Part shown: positions 50,417-59,300 of the stretch, in pieces | Layout: the number at the start of each line of letters is the position of its first letter | Numbering within the stretch: position 1 is the stretch's first letter | IMG/VR virus record: IMGVR_UViG_3300030202_002298 | Span: 1 to 64,000 of that record | Strand: one strand, 5' to 3' | Length of the DNA stretch: 64,000 nt | Source: an uncultured virus (IMG/VR IMGVR_UViG_3300030202_002298) | Taxonomy: Duplodnaviria; Heunggongvirae; Uroviricota; Caudoviricetes | Program-made: the position numbers and the translations under genes | The notes under the pieces: generated by a model | Database searches by the model: none | Told to the model about the DNA's origin: nothing | The model's input: only the letters and a program-made list of their open reading frames with translations

Positions 50417-51436
50417 ATGACAGAAGGTCAACAAGAAGAACAACGGATGGGGTTTGCAAAAGTAACGCAGAATCAAGGATGCTCAGAAATAAATGCAATT
50501 GAACGCAGTGATGTTATAGAATCAAATGCTGAGTTACGACATAGTAGAGCTGAATGCACCCACTCACATCGAGAGATGCGCTGGATGAAACGCTGGATTG
50601 CCGCCGTAGCCGCAGCTATTGTCGCAGTTATTGGTGCAACATGGTACACAACGAGTTATGTTACCCATTGGTACGGGAATCGTGTGTATCCCGAAGCCCC
50701 GCCGACTGCTGCCCTTATGGATGAATTGGCTGCACACAAAAAATTAACGGCATCACTCGTGGCTGAATTCGAGAGAATGAAAGAAGCGACAGCAACAACG
50801 AAGAGAACAGTGTTTTGGTTCGACAGAAAACGTCAACACAACGATTTAAAGTTCGCTATAGTGGATAACAAATACCCAGCCGGATATGAAGTCTGGGAGG
50901 ATGGTGAACTCATTGAGCGGTGGCATTGGAAAATTGAGGGGAACCCTAAAACGGATCAGTACGGCGATTATATATTCAGATGCGTTTCAACGTACAATAA
51001 GGAAGGTGAATACTCAGGTTTTAAACAATATGTCATGGCAAATTATCCTGACGACGAGGGTTTTATCATGCCAATTGACAATGCTCTGGAGTACACAGTG
51101 AATATAAAAAAGAACTGGCTCAAACTAAAGTCATACGACAAGGACATGAATGGGATGGAAATTATGTGGAAGGACGGAAAGGTACTTCATACCTATTTAC
51201 ATGAACGGGATTTTATGCACTCAAAACAAGAAGGAACTGATCGCGATTTGTATTCAATTATTCAGGAACCTGATCAGTTAACATACATGGAACACCTGTC
51301 AAAAATGTTTCCGTTCATTCAAAATGATGTTCTCGAACCGTTCAAAAAATCTATACGTTATGAAAAAATCAAGGCAGCACAATCGGCTTTAAACAAAAGC
51401 AAAGCGGCGGTTAAAAGTGTTAGGAGGAAGGGGTAA
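50417..51436 (+). CDS. Single-pass membrane protein (lysogenic cargo)
   Basis: TM segment WIAAVAAAIVAVIGATWY; lies between the repressor and the integrase. Confidence 0.65.
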   Translation: MTEGQQEEQRMGFAKVTQNQGCSEINAIERSDVIESNAELRHSRAECTHSHREMRWMKRWIAAVAAAIVAVIGATWYTTSYVTHWYGNRVYPEAPPTAALMDELAAHKKLTASLVAEFERMKEATATTKRTVFWFDRKRQHNDLKFAIVDNKYPAGYEVWEDGELIERWHWKIEGNPKTDQYGDYIFRCVSTYNKEGEYSGFKQYVMANYPDDEGFIMPIDNALEYTVNIKKNWLKLKSYDKDMNGMEIMWKDGKVLHTYLHERDFMHSKQEGTDRDLYSIIQEPDQLTYMEHLSKMFPFIQNDVLEPFKKSIRYEKIKAAQSALNKSKAAVKSVRRKG

Positions 51437-52825
51437 ATGGCTCAACCGTGGATTAAATGGGTGCGAGGTTCTAAACAAGAAAACTTGATCGCAGAACTAC
51501 TTGGTATCAAATATAAAAAAGAAGGCGGCAAATATAAGGTTCGTTATTGGACAAGTACGATTCACAGAAATGCGTTTCGTAAAGACAATGCCAGAAAACA
51601 CCTTCCAGTATTAGACAAGTTCATTAGAGACAGAATTAAAGAGTATGAAGATCATCAACCTGTTGAGCCAAAAGTAGCCAAACAATATGAATCCGATGAG
51701 CTTCTAACTGCTAAACAAATACTCAAGGATTGGAAGATAACAACTCCCCTATTAACATTTGTTAAACAGCAAGCAGAACAAGAGTTTAACACGAACGGAA
51801 AAACACAAGACATCTCACCTAAAGAGGCGTACAAACAATACCGTGTATCGAAACCTCTGGCACACAACTCAATTCCCGCTGCTCAAAAAATATTCAAGGA
51901 TGTGTTCAGTCCATTTTTCGACATGGAAATGCGGAGAATTAATTTTACTGATATAGATAAACAGTTGATTGCTCTCTGGAAATCTAATGACTGGTCTGTC
52001 GATACATTTAATAAACGAGTCACGGGTACATCAGGTTTTCTAAAATGGTGTCAGTCTTCAAAAAGGCGATACATTAGCATGAGTTGGCCTGTTAGCTCAT
52101 TGGAACGTATGCCAGAGGAAGAATATGAAACATTAGCTGGCGGCATAACCAAATATTTCACACCTGACCAAACCAATGATTTACTACATTCTGCAACAGG
52201 TCGAGATACAGACAAATATCAATTCGATTATATGCCGAATCTCGCAACCCAATTTTTTGCAGGGCCGCGACCTTTCGAGACATACCGTCTACCGTTGGAA
52301 AATTTCAATATGGAGGATAACACGGTTAAACTGGTTAAATCAAAACTAGGAGACAACAAACATCGTTTAGTTAAATTAAAACCTAACCTAAAAGCCATAA
52401 TTCTCCCCTACTGGGAAGCTCAAGGAGGAAGAGGTTTAATGTTACCGCCAGAATTAAGGGTAAAACTAGAACCATTGTTCTATGGGCTGAATGCTGAACT
52501 TGCAAAAACAGGTAAAATTAGAAACAAAAAAGCGAAGAGGGAATATGACGAATGCCTAGCTTCTATCGGTGGTACGTTTAGTCAGGCATTTAAGCGAATG
52601 GCCGAGCGGCTCAAATTAGATTGGATTCGTGACGGATCTAGGCACAGCTATGGCTCCTATAGGTACAATCAGTTATTCCATCAAGATAACTCCGATAATT
52701 TTATATCAACAAAAAACACTCTCAAAGAAGAGATGGGTACAAATGTTGAGAACCTGGAAAAACATTATGTTGGTAGCGGTATTAAACTAGCTGAGGTTAA
52801 CCAATATTTTTCTGTGGGATTGTGA
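51437..52825 (+). CDS. int: Tyrosine integrase
   Basis: FAGPRPFE, DGSRHSYGSY, EMGT...LEKHY; 462 aa; adjacent to the tRNA and attP. Confidence 0.88.
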   Translation: MAQPWIKWVRGSKQENLIAELLGIKYKKEGGKYKVRYWTSTIHRNAFRKDNARKHLPVLDKFIRDRIKEYEDHQPVEPKVAKQYESDELLTAKQILKDWKITTPLLTFVKQQAEQEFNTNGKTQDISPKEAYKQYRVSKPLAHNSIPAAQKIFKDVFSPFFDMEMRRINFTDIDKQLIALWKSNDWSVDTFNKRVTGTSGFLKWCQSSKRRYISMSWPVSSLERMPEEEYETLAGGITKYFTPDQTNDLLHSATGRDTDKYQFDYMPNLATQFFAGPRPFETYRLPLENFNMEDNTVKLVKSKLGDNKHRLVKLKPNLKAIILPYWEAQGGRGLMLPPELRVKLEPLFYGLNAELAKTGKIRNKKAKREYDECLASIGGTFSQAFKRMAERLKLDWIRDGSRHSYGSYRYNQLFHQDNSDNFISTKNTLKEEMGTNVENLEKHYVGSGIKLAEVNQYFSVGL

Positions 52826-52902
52826 TGGTAGCTGCGAGTGGAATTGAACCACTGACCTGAAGCTTATGAGTCTTCCGCTCTAACCAACTGAGCTACGCAG
52901 CC
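52826..52902 (-). tRNA. tRNA-Met(CAT), elongator-like, CCA encoded
   Basis: GGCTGCGTAGCTCAGTTGGTTAGAGCGGAAGACTCATAAGCTTCAGGTCAGTGGTTCAATTCCACTCGCAGCTACCA; the acceptor stem resembles elongator Met more than Ile2 or fMet. Confidence 0.93.
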
Positions 52903-52964
52903 ATCGAAGAAGGGCAATTTAAACACACTTGTCAATCGTTCTCAATCCTCCCAAATTCCAGATC

Positions 52965-53186
52965 TAGGGGGGATGAAAGGGGGATTTCTAAAAACTGGTC
53001 AAAATTGCCCCACCTTAAACTACTGCCTATAAGATAGTTAGATGCCTTTAGACTTCTGGCCTCATAATCCAAAATTCTTGTAACTATAAACCACTGATAA
53101 TCAGCAACATAACCCTCTCTGTTTTTTTTGTGATTATGTCATTTACTCCCATTTACTCCCATCCATAGGGGGGATTTAGGGGGGAT
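52965..53186. other. attP site
   Basis: Arm-type repeat pairs (consensus TAGGGGGGAT, 11-bp period) at 52965/52976 and 53166/53177; core AGACTTCTGGC-CTCATAA-TCCAAAATTCT at 53050-53078; CATTTACTCC tandem at 53140-53159; IHF-like TAAACCACTGATA at ~53087-53099. Confidence 0.75.
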
Positions 53187-53187
53187 T

Positions 53188-53436
53188 TTAAGGCAGGGTT
53201 GGATGACACTCCCAGCACCTATCTAAGATAGTATCTCTTTTGACTAGGAAGTCTGCTCCCCTCTCCTCTTCGTACCCTACATAATGAACAATGAGCTGCT
53301 GCTTGTAGACCTTGCACACTGCCTCATGAGCCTGATCTTTTGCTCTACTAAAACTGGATGCCGTTAATGCCGCCAAGATCCCGATAATGGCGATAGCTAT
53401 GAGTAGCTCCATTATGGTCATTCCAGCAAATCCCAT
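53188..53436 (-). CDS. Type IV pilin-like mini-protein with C-terminal CxxCH
   Basis: G|MTIMELLIAIAIIGILAA with Glu at +5; SRAKDQA...C...QQL; CWECH near the C-terminus; alternative start at 53421. Confidence 0.8.
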   Translation of the reverse strand: MGFAGMTIMELLIAIAIIGILAALTASSFSRAKDQAHEAVCKVYKQQLIVHYVGYEEERGADFLVKRDTILDRCWECHPTLP

Positions 53437-53810
53437 GACCCTTCAAATTTGTAGAATCTATTACCTGTGCCATTATAGATTTTCGCTGTTAAACCTCTAA
53501 CCTCATCAAACGGAATAATCCAGAATTTCAATACGTCGATTGCACAGCATATAAAATAATCAACATCACCTGGATCGTAACGCTTTTTAGCGGAGAGTCC
53601 GTGAGCTAATTGAAACTGATAATGCGGCCTGTTGTCTTTGTATTTGTGTTGCTGAAGGGTTGCCTTAACTTGGATACGAAGGAACCTTTGCCGTTTGACC
53701 ACTAATAGATCAAAACGGGCGGTGTCTGAAAGGGGGTGTGCTACGCTCCAACCGTGTTCTATCAATTTCTCCGCTACCAGCAGTTCCCCCCGCTGGCCAG
53801 TGGAACGCAC
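53418..53810 (-). CDS. PD-(D/E)XK endonuclease (PDDEXK_5-like)
   Basis: GQRGELLV...FDLLV...RIQVK...VDYF. Confidence 0.8.
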   Translation of the reverse strand: MRSTGQRGELLVAEKLIEHGWSVAHPLSDTARFDLLVVKRQRFLRIQVKATLQQHKYKDNRPHYQFQLAHGLSAKKRYDPGDVDYFICCAIDVLKFWIIPFDEVRGLTAKIYNGTGNRFYKFEGSWDLLE

Positions 53811-53816
53811 ACCGTT

Positions 53817-53981
53817 TTATTTTTCAGCTTCGGTTTTTACGCCGTGACGCACGAATATGGCTAATAGAGAGGTTATGGCTATATTAATAGCAGCACCCAT
53901 TTCTAATTCACCTGTCATGTATCCCGCCAAACTACCGATTATACCGGTAACGCCACTCCAGAGGGTCTTTGATTTTAGCAT
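53817..53981 (-). CDS. Holin-like protein, 54 aa (not in ORF track)
   Basis: MLKSKTLWSGVTGIIGSLAGYMTGELEMGAAINIAITSLLAIFVRHGVKTEAEK; two hydrophobic segments and a charged tail. Confidence 0.6.
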   Translation of the reverse strand: MLKSKTLWSGVTGIIGSLAGYMTGELEMGAAINIAITSLLAIFVRHGVKTEAEK

Positions 53982-53983
53982 TT

Positions 53984-54211
53984 TTAGTCCTTGTTTTTGT
54001 TAAGCCTGAAACAACGCATGATGATGTAAACTAGGGTAGCCAGAGAAACTAGGCATTTAAGAACCAGATCTATATCTGTTAGAAACCAGTTCCCCACCCC
54101 TAGAATACTAGCCACTCCTACTTTAAAATCATCAATCAGTTGCACTTTCAGGCATTTCGATAGTCGGGTTTTCCTCGCTACCTTCTGCTTCCTGTGCTGG
54201 TGGTTGAACAT
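53984..54211 (-). CDS. Small membrane protein (holin-like); true start probably downstream of 54211
   Basis: VGVASILGVGNWF...LVSLATLVYII followed by a basic tail. Confidence 0.5.
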   Translation of the reverse strand: MFNHQHRKQKVARKTRLSKCLKVQLIDDFKVGVASILGVGNWFLTDIDLVLKCLVSLATLVYIIMRCFRLNKNKD

Positions 54212-54347
54212 CTAGTCCGAAATGTTTAGCTAATATTTGAATAGCTGCATCTCTTTGACGACCAGAAGGCCCATCCACCATTGCACGATCCGCGACTTGA
54301 GCGAGTACTTGCACCGCTGTTTTTAACTGTTCTGTGTTATCTGCCAT
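54132..54347 (-). CDS. Hypothetical protein
   Basis: 71 aa, SD GGAG, first gene after the promoter at 54368-54396. Confidence 0.6.
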   Translation of the reverse strand: MADNTEQLKTAVQVLAQVADRAMVDGPSGRQRDAAIQILAKHFGLDVQPPAQEAEGSEENPTIEMPESATD

Positions 54348-54367
54348 GATAATTGCTCCAAAACACT

Positions 54368-54396
54368 AATATTAGTGTCACATATTAATTTGTCAA
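54368..54396 (-). promoter_or_regulatory. Sigma70-like promoter with motif copy 9
   Basis: Minus strand TTGACA-16 nt-TAATAT; TTAGTGTCAC at 54372-54381 overlapping the palindrome ACACTAATATTAGTGT. Confidence 0.7.
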
Positions 54397-54398
54397 TT

Positions 54399-54694
54399 TT
54401 ATGGTTTGCGTTTTTTTCGAGCAGTTTTAGCTGCGGCTTTGAAATCAGCGTCACTTGGGGCACCTTTCTCACCCTTTTTTCTCATGGGCTTTCCGCTTTT
54501 GCGTTTCTCGTTAATGTTATAATACAACCCTTTAGCCATTATCTACCTACCTTCTTCATAGCTGCCTTGTGAGACTCACCAAATGTTTTACCCTGTTTCA
54601 TCATAGTCTTCATAGCACTCATATGTTTTGCTGAGTGATGTTCAGAGTGACGAGCAAGCGTATCTTTTTGTCGTTGTGTTAATTCTTTTTTCAT
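54399..54694 (-). other. Two small Lys-rich genes (54399..54539, 46 aa; 54539..54694, 51 aa)
   Basis: MAKGLYYNINEKRKSGKPMRKKGEKGAPSDADF... and MKKELTQRQKDTLARHSEHHSAKHM...; both below the ORF-track cut-off. Confidence 0.6.
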
Positions 54695-54742
54695 TTGCAG
54701 TTTCCTTGGCAAGTATCGTCAAAGCAATAGGGGTTTTCACAT

Positions 54743-55165
54743 TTATTCTCCATCTGATCCCTCCTCTTCATCTTCATCTGCGTCCACATCAACAACTGGT
54801 TCAGGCCCAGGTATTGGTTCAGGCTCTGGTACTGGTGCTGGTTCCACAGTAGTATCAATCGTAATCTCTGGAGACTCAAAGTCCTCGACATTCTTAGGTT
54901 GAGCTTTCTGCGCTTCAATCTGGGAATCTAAACTAGCAATCCACTTGTTATCAGCAGCGAACTGTGACACTAGAGCATTTGCCTGTTCTTTAAACTCATT
55001 GAGCATAGGCATACTATCCATTGGATATTGGTATACCCCGTCAATGTATGAACTGTTCCCGTCTGGGTCTGTTGCTGTTAGTCCTATGACCACCTCGCAT
55101 ACGCAGTTGGGGTCTTCCGATTTGTGGCGTGGCTCTAGCCTCACGCAGGTATATGTATTAGCCAT
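54743..55165 (-). CDS. Hypothetical protein (possible tail-fibre assembly factor)
   Basis: 140 aa with an acidic PE-rich tail, downstream of the fibre gene. Confidence 0.45.
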   Translation of the reverse strand: MANTYTCVRLEPRHKSEDPNCVCEVVIGLTATDPDGNSSYIDGVYQYPMDSMPMLNEFKEQANALVSQFAADNKWIASLDSQIEAQKAQPKNVEDFESPEITIDTTVEPAPVPEPEPIPGPEPVVDVDADEDEEEGSDGE

Positions 55166-55281
55166 TTCAATATCCTTTCATTTTCTTTGTACCAGTTTTT
55201 TTACTGTTGGGTTTTGGTTTTGGTTTATTAGTACTTGGTTTTCCGTATCCTTTTCCTTTTGGCATTATTTATCCTTTCTAT

Positions 55282-55908
55282 TTAGCTTGTTGCTTGTGTG
55301 TCTACTGGTTCCATTGTGGATGCCAGCATTTGTGTAAATCTTGCTAATCCCTCGGCAGGAGAATTCTGGGTACATTCCACGTCAATGCTGTAACGAGCTG
55401 AGAAGTCTGATGATCTAATGTTTTCAGAATGTGATGTAACTGTTCCTGTATGTGAATTGGAATGAGATCCACCTGCATCAAACCCTACTCCCCAGAAGTG
55501 ACCACTTACAGATGCATGAACTTCAGACTCCGAATGATCCTCTTGTTTATTGTCGTGTGACTCTGTGTTTTGGGAATGACTCTTAACCTCCATATCAAAA
55601 TGTACCTTAACATCAGATATAGATAGGTTAGGTATAGTTACCATCGTTAGTAACGGCATCTTCACCATTTGTTTTAATGGTTTGGTTTGACCTTTGATTA
55701 GCCGTTCGACTTCTACATCAACGGTACGGGTCCTGGTTTTCTTTGGATCTTCTGGATCAGGCTCAAACCCAATCGAGGATACAAAGTCCAATGTTACTCC
55801 AGCTAATTTCTTCTGGCCTTTAGCCGCTGACACTAGAGGGTCAATTATGAGTTCCGAAAGCGGGAGGCCTTGGAAATCTTTTAGTTGTTTATCGTCTGCT
55901 CCTGGCAT
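55282..55908 (-). CDS. DUF2589-like protein (long form)
   Basis: FQGLPLSELIIDPLVSAAKGQKKLA...F...IGF...PLLTMVTIPNL.I..V.V.FDMEV...ARYSI...PAEGL. Confidence 0.75.
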   Translation of the reverse strand: MPGADDKQLKDFQGLPLSELIIDPLVSAAKGQKKLAGVTLDFVSSIGFEPDPEDPKKTRTRTVDVEVERLIKGQTKPLKQMVKMPLLTMVTIPNLSISDVKVHFDMEVKSHSQNTESHDNKQEDHSESEVHASVSGHFWGVGFDAGGSHSNSHTGTVTSHSENIRSSDFSARYSIDVECTQNSPAEGLARFTQMLASTMEPVDTQATS

Positions 55909-55918
55909 AATGATTTAT

Positions 55919-56308
55919 TTATATTGTTGGTATTAGTTTTATTAGGTTATCTCCGATACGAGCCATGCCTTCAGCTTGATCCGTACTGGAAAATTTTATC
56001 TTTACGTTAGCCATCTTGGATTTTCTTAGTTTACCCAAACAGCCAACTGCTTTGTCTCCGTCATGGTCAAGGTTCACCTGTAGATCAACCTCGCATGATT
56101 CTATTTTTAGTGTGTTATGAGGAACCAGCACGAACAATGGAGCTTCTACATCTTTATCGTTAAGCCTAATCTTCACTGTCTTAGCTGATCCGTCCTCATT
56201 AAAGTACCCTTCCCTTATATTATTTGAGAGAGACTCCTCCACTGATTTTTGAGCCTGTACCACTGCTGAGTACAAGCTATCGAATATGTTCTGTAATTCT
56301 CCTGCCAT
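55919..56308 (-). CDS. DUF2589-like protein (short form)
   Basis: SLYSAVVQAQ...YF...PLFVLVPHNTLKI...EGMARI. Confidence 0.7.
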   Translation of the reverse strand: MAGELQNIFDSLYSAVVQAQKSVEESLSNNIREGYFNEDGSAKTVKIRLNDKDVEAPLFVLVPHNTLKIESCEVDLQVNLDHDGDKAVGCLGKLRKSKMANVKIKFSSTDQAEGMARIGDNLIKLIPTI

Positions 56309-56319
56309 TTTAAAAAATG

Positions 56320-59300
56320 TTATATCTGTCCTTCATACTCAACTTCGTATCTATCAATATCTGCTCGCTCTCCGTAAATTGTGTAGTAGCAATCAATAGC
56401 GTTACCATCTGCCTCGCCTATTTTTATCTCTATATTACTAGCAGAAATTACAAACAGTTTTTGGTATGAACCTTTAGGGGTTAGCTGAACTGTAACTGTT
56501 CCATCTCTAACCAACCCTGCCCAATAATCTGGTAGATCAATAGTGTCACCTTGAACTTCACCACGTTGGTAAACCCCAATCTCTGGCCCTTCCAATGAGG
56601 AGTGGCGAAGATTCATTCCTTCTTTTGTAGGGTGAGGTATTTTAAATGATTTACTGTACCCGCCTATGTCACCGTTAGAATAAATATTGCCACTAAAGAA
56701 AGCCGTGTAAGAACTATTCGGGCTGGTTCCAACGCCTAGTCTTGTAGTTATCTGAGCATCTCCAACAACGTGTAGGTTCTCATTACCAGGAGATGTCTTG
56801 TTAACAGTTAGTGAATGATCAGAGCCATTGTAAAATAAACGTGGAGCTTGTTTAACTGTAGTGCTGTCTGTGTAAACCGCTATGTTTCCATTGGTTGTGC
56901 TGCTAGTAACTGAGCTTGATGAAACTGTTCCACTACCACTGCCTCCTCCGCTTTGGTCTGCCCATTCTAATGTGGTTCCACTACTAGGTGCTGTAAGAAC
57001 TTGCCCCGCACTGCTAGGTGCTGACGTTGGAAATGTGTATGCATCATGGAACCTAATTCCAGAGTTAGATACGGACATACGACTATTACCCCCAGAGGTA
57101 AATTCCATTGTGTCGTTTGCGCTTCTAAAAATACCTGTGTTTAAATCATTTATAAATGTGATACCGGGATTACCAGCACTACCATCTCCTGAACGGAAGA
57201 ATGCTGAAAAAGTATTTAACCATCTGAGATTATATGCACCCGAATCTCTCACTGCATCAGCGTAAGGGCCGATGTTTCGCTCAAAGTAAGTTTGTTTATT
57301 GAAATAAAACGATGGCCGATCCGTCATAAAGTGACAGAAAGAACTATTTTGTGGCCCTGTTTGTAACCAGCCATGATCAGTGACTGTTATTAAAGAAGTG
57401 TTAGTGGAATTATGTTGATATGTGTCCGCACCGAAATATAACTTATCAGATATTACAACATTACCTCCAGAGTCTACACGGAATTTTTGTGATCCGTTTT
57501 CATCAATGTAGAGCAAAGGATAACCCGCAGAAGTTCCAGACGAGTTGACGCTAATTCGCACACCATACGGAGTTGTGCTGCTTGTTTGGAAATGCCCAGC
57601 ATAGGTTGTTCCACTTGTGACTGCATGAATTTTTGAGTCAGGGGCGTTAGTCGCTATACCTAATCCTGTGTTATTTACAAATGCCCTTGCAGTGCCTCCC
57701 GTTACAAACCCAATACTATCCGCAGAATTTTCGTATATATATGTGTTAGAACCTCCGTCTAGGTAAAACGCTTCAGAAGCACCCACAAAGACTTCACCAT
57801 TAGCTTTAACACCAAATTTATAAGTCCCATTAACATTAACACCGAGAGCCATTCCAGAACTCCCCGGCTCATCCATTCGCACTAGCAACCCACCTGAGTT
57901 TCCACTAGTTGCAGTGTTGTAAATTTTTGAAACCCAGTTGCCTGTTAATGATTTCTGAACGTGAAACGGGTACGATGGAAAAGCTCCTATGCCTAAAGCG
58001 TTTTGGATTTTTATGTTCCCATCATTGTAGATCATAAAATCCGCAGTCCCACTTAAATCAGGATCAGTGGTAGCACTTGAACTTCTGATAATTGCAAACT
58101 TGTTTGTACCGTATGCATTAGTTACCAAGAACCTTCTAGCACTAGATGTGTGTCCTGTGTTTGCGTGAAATAATAAACCTCCGTAGGAACCGTAGTTGCT
58201 TGTTGTTGAGTAACCCGCTAGTCGCAATGCGTTGTTATCTGGATCTCCATTAACTTCACCTATTGTTAAACCTCGCCCCGAAATGTGCTTTATGTACGAA
58301 TCACCACCACTATTTTCAAGTTGCAACGCTCCCGCATTTGTTATGGTTAATCGGTTAGTATTATTTGTTGCAAAATTGATAGCACCATTTTCGTAGTTAT
58401 GTATTCCAGCGTTAAGGCCAGATAAATAAAATTCAAGTCCGTCACTAGCTCCCGTGCCACTACTGTTGTTTTGCAGTGCCATTTTTACGGGAGTGGTGTC
58501 GTAAATTGTTAGTTTTTTAGTCGCAGCAGAAAGGCCGATTCCTAAACGACCTCGGTTAGAAACAAACACACCAGTTCCAGTTGGGGTATAACAAGCTAAA
58601 TTTGGTACGTCATTGACGATGTTGTTTGCTGTATCAATTGACAAACCATAAGCACCTCCGTTGTTTTCAAATCTGCCAGTCCAGTTAACAGTAGTCTGTT
58701 GTACGTCCAGTAAATATCCTGTTTTTCCAATGATGCTTACCTTGCCGTTAAATGTAGCAGTGTCACCTATTCTACTGTGTTGTTCATGGCAAGATATGTT
58801 GTCTATGTTAAAATTACCTCCAGCAGTGTTAGCCCAGAATCCTAAAGTTGTGTCTGTTGGAACAATTTCTATAGTGTGCGTTCCATTACCGTAACTAACA
58901 TATCCATTTGAACTAGTGTAAGCACTTCCACTTCCAAGTTTATTACCAATCCAAATATTTGCTAGACCGCCACTTCCAACTTGAATTGTAAATGAGAGTT
59001 TAAATGTTTTGCCAGAATCGTTAGCAACAAAAACACTGTCTTGAGCTAAAGTTCCGTTACTAGAATCGTCAAATGATGCAACTCCATTGAGAATCTTCCA
59101 CGGAGCAGAACTTGTGGTGATTGCAACATTGCCTCCATTATACATTGTCCATGAACTGGTACTCGCCATAGCACCATTGGATATTTTGTCAGTAGTGCTG
59201 TGAGTTTTAATTTCACCTGAGACATCTAATTTAGAATTTGGTAAAGTATCTGCTATCCCCAAATTCCCATTTCTCAGTGTCATTGTGTTTACCCCTCCAT

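Noticed and set aside
52826..52902. tRNA as a host gene marking a prophage boundary
   Set aside because: Phage genes continue on both sides and both attP arms are present, so the element appears unintegrated.
53418..53810. PD-(D/E)XK endonuclease as part of a group I intron
   Set aside because: It is tightly packed between intact ORFs, with no room for intron core structure and no interrupted gene.
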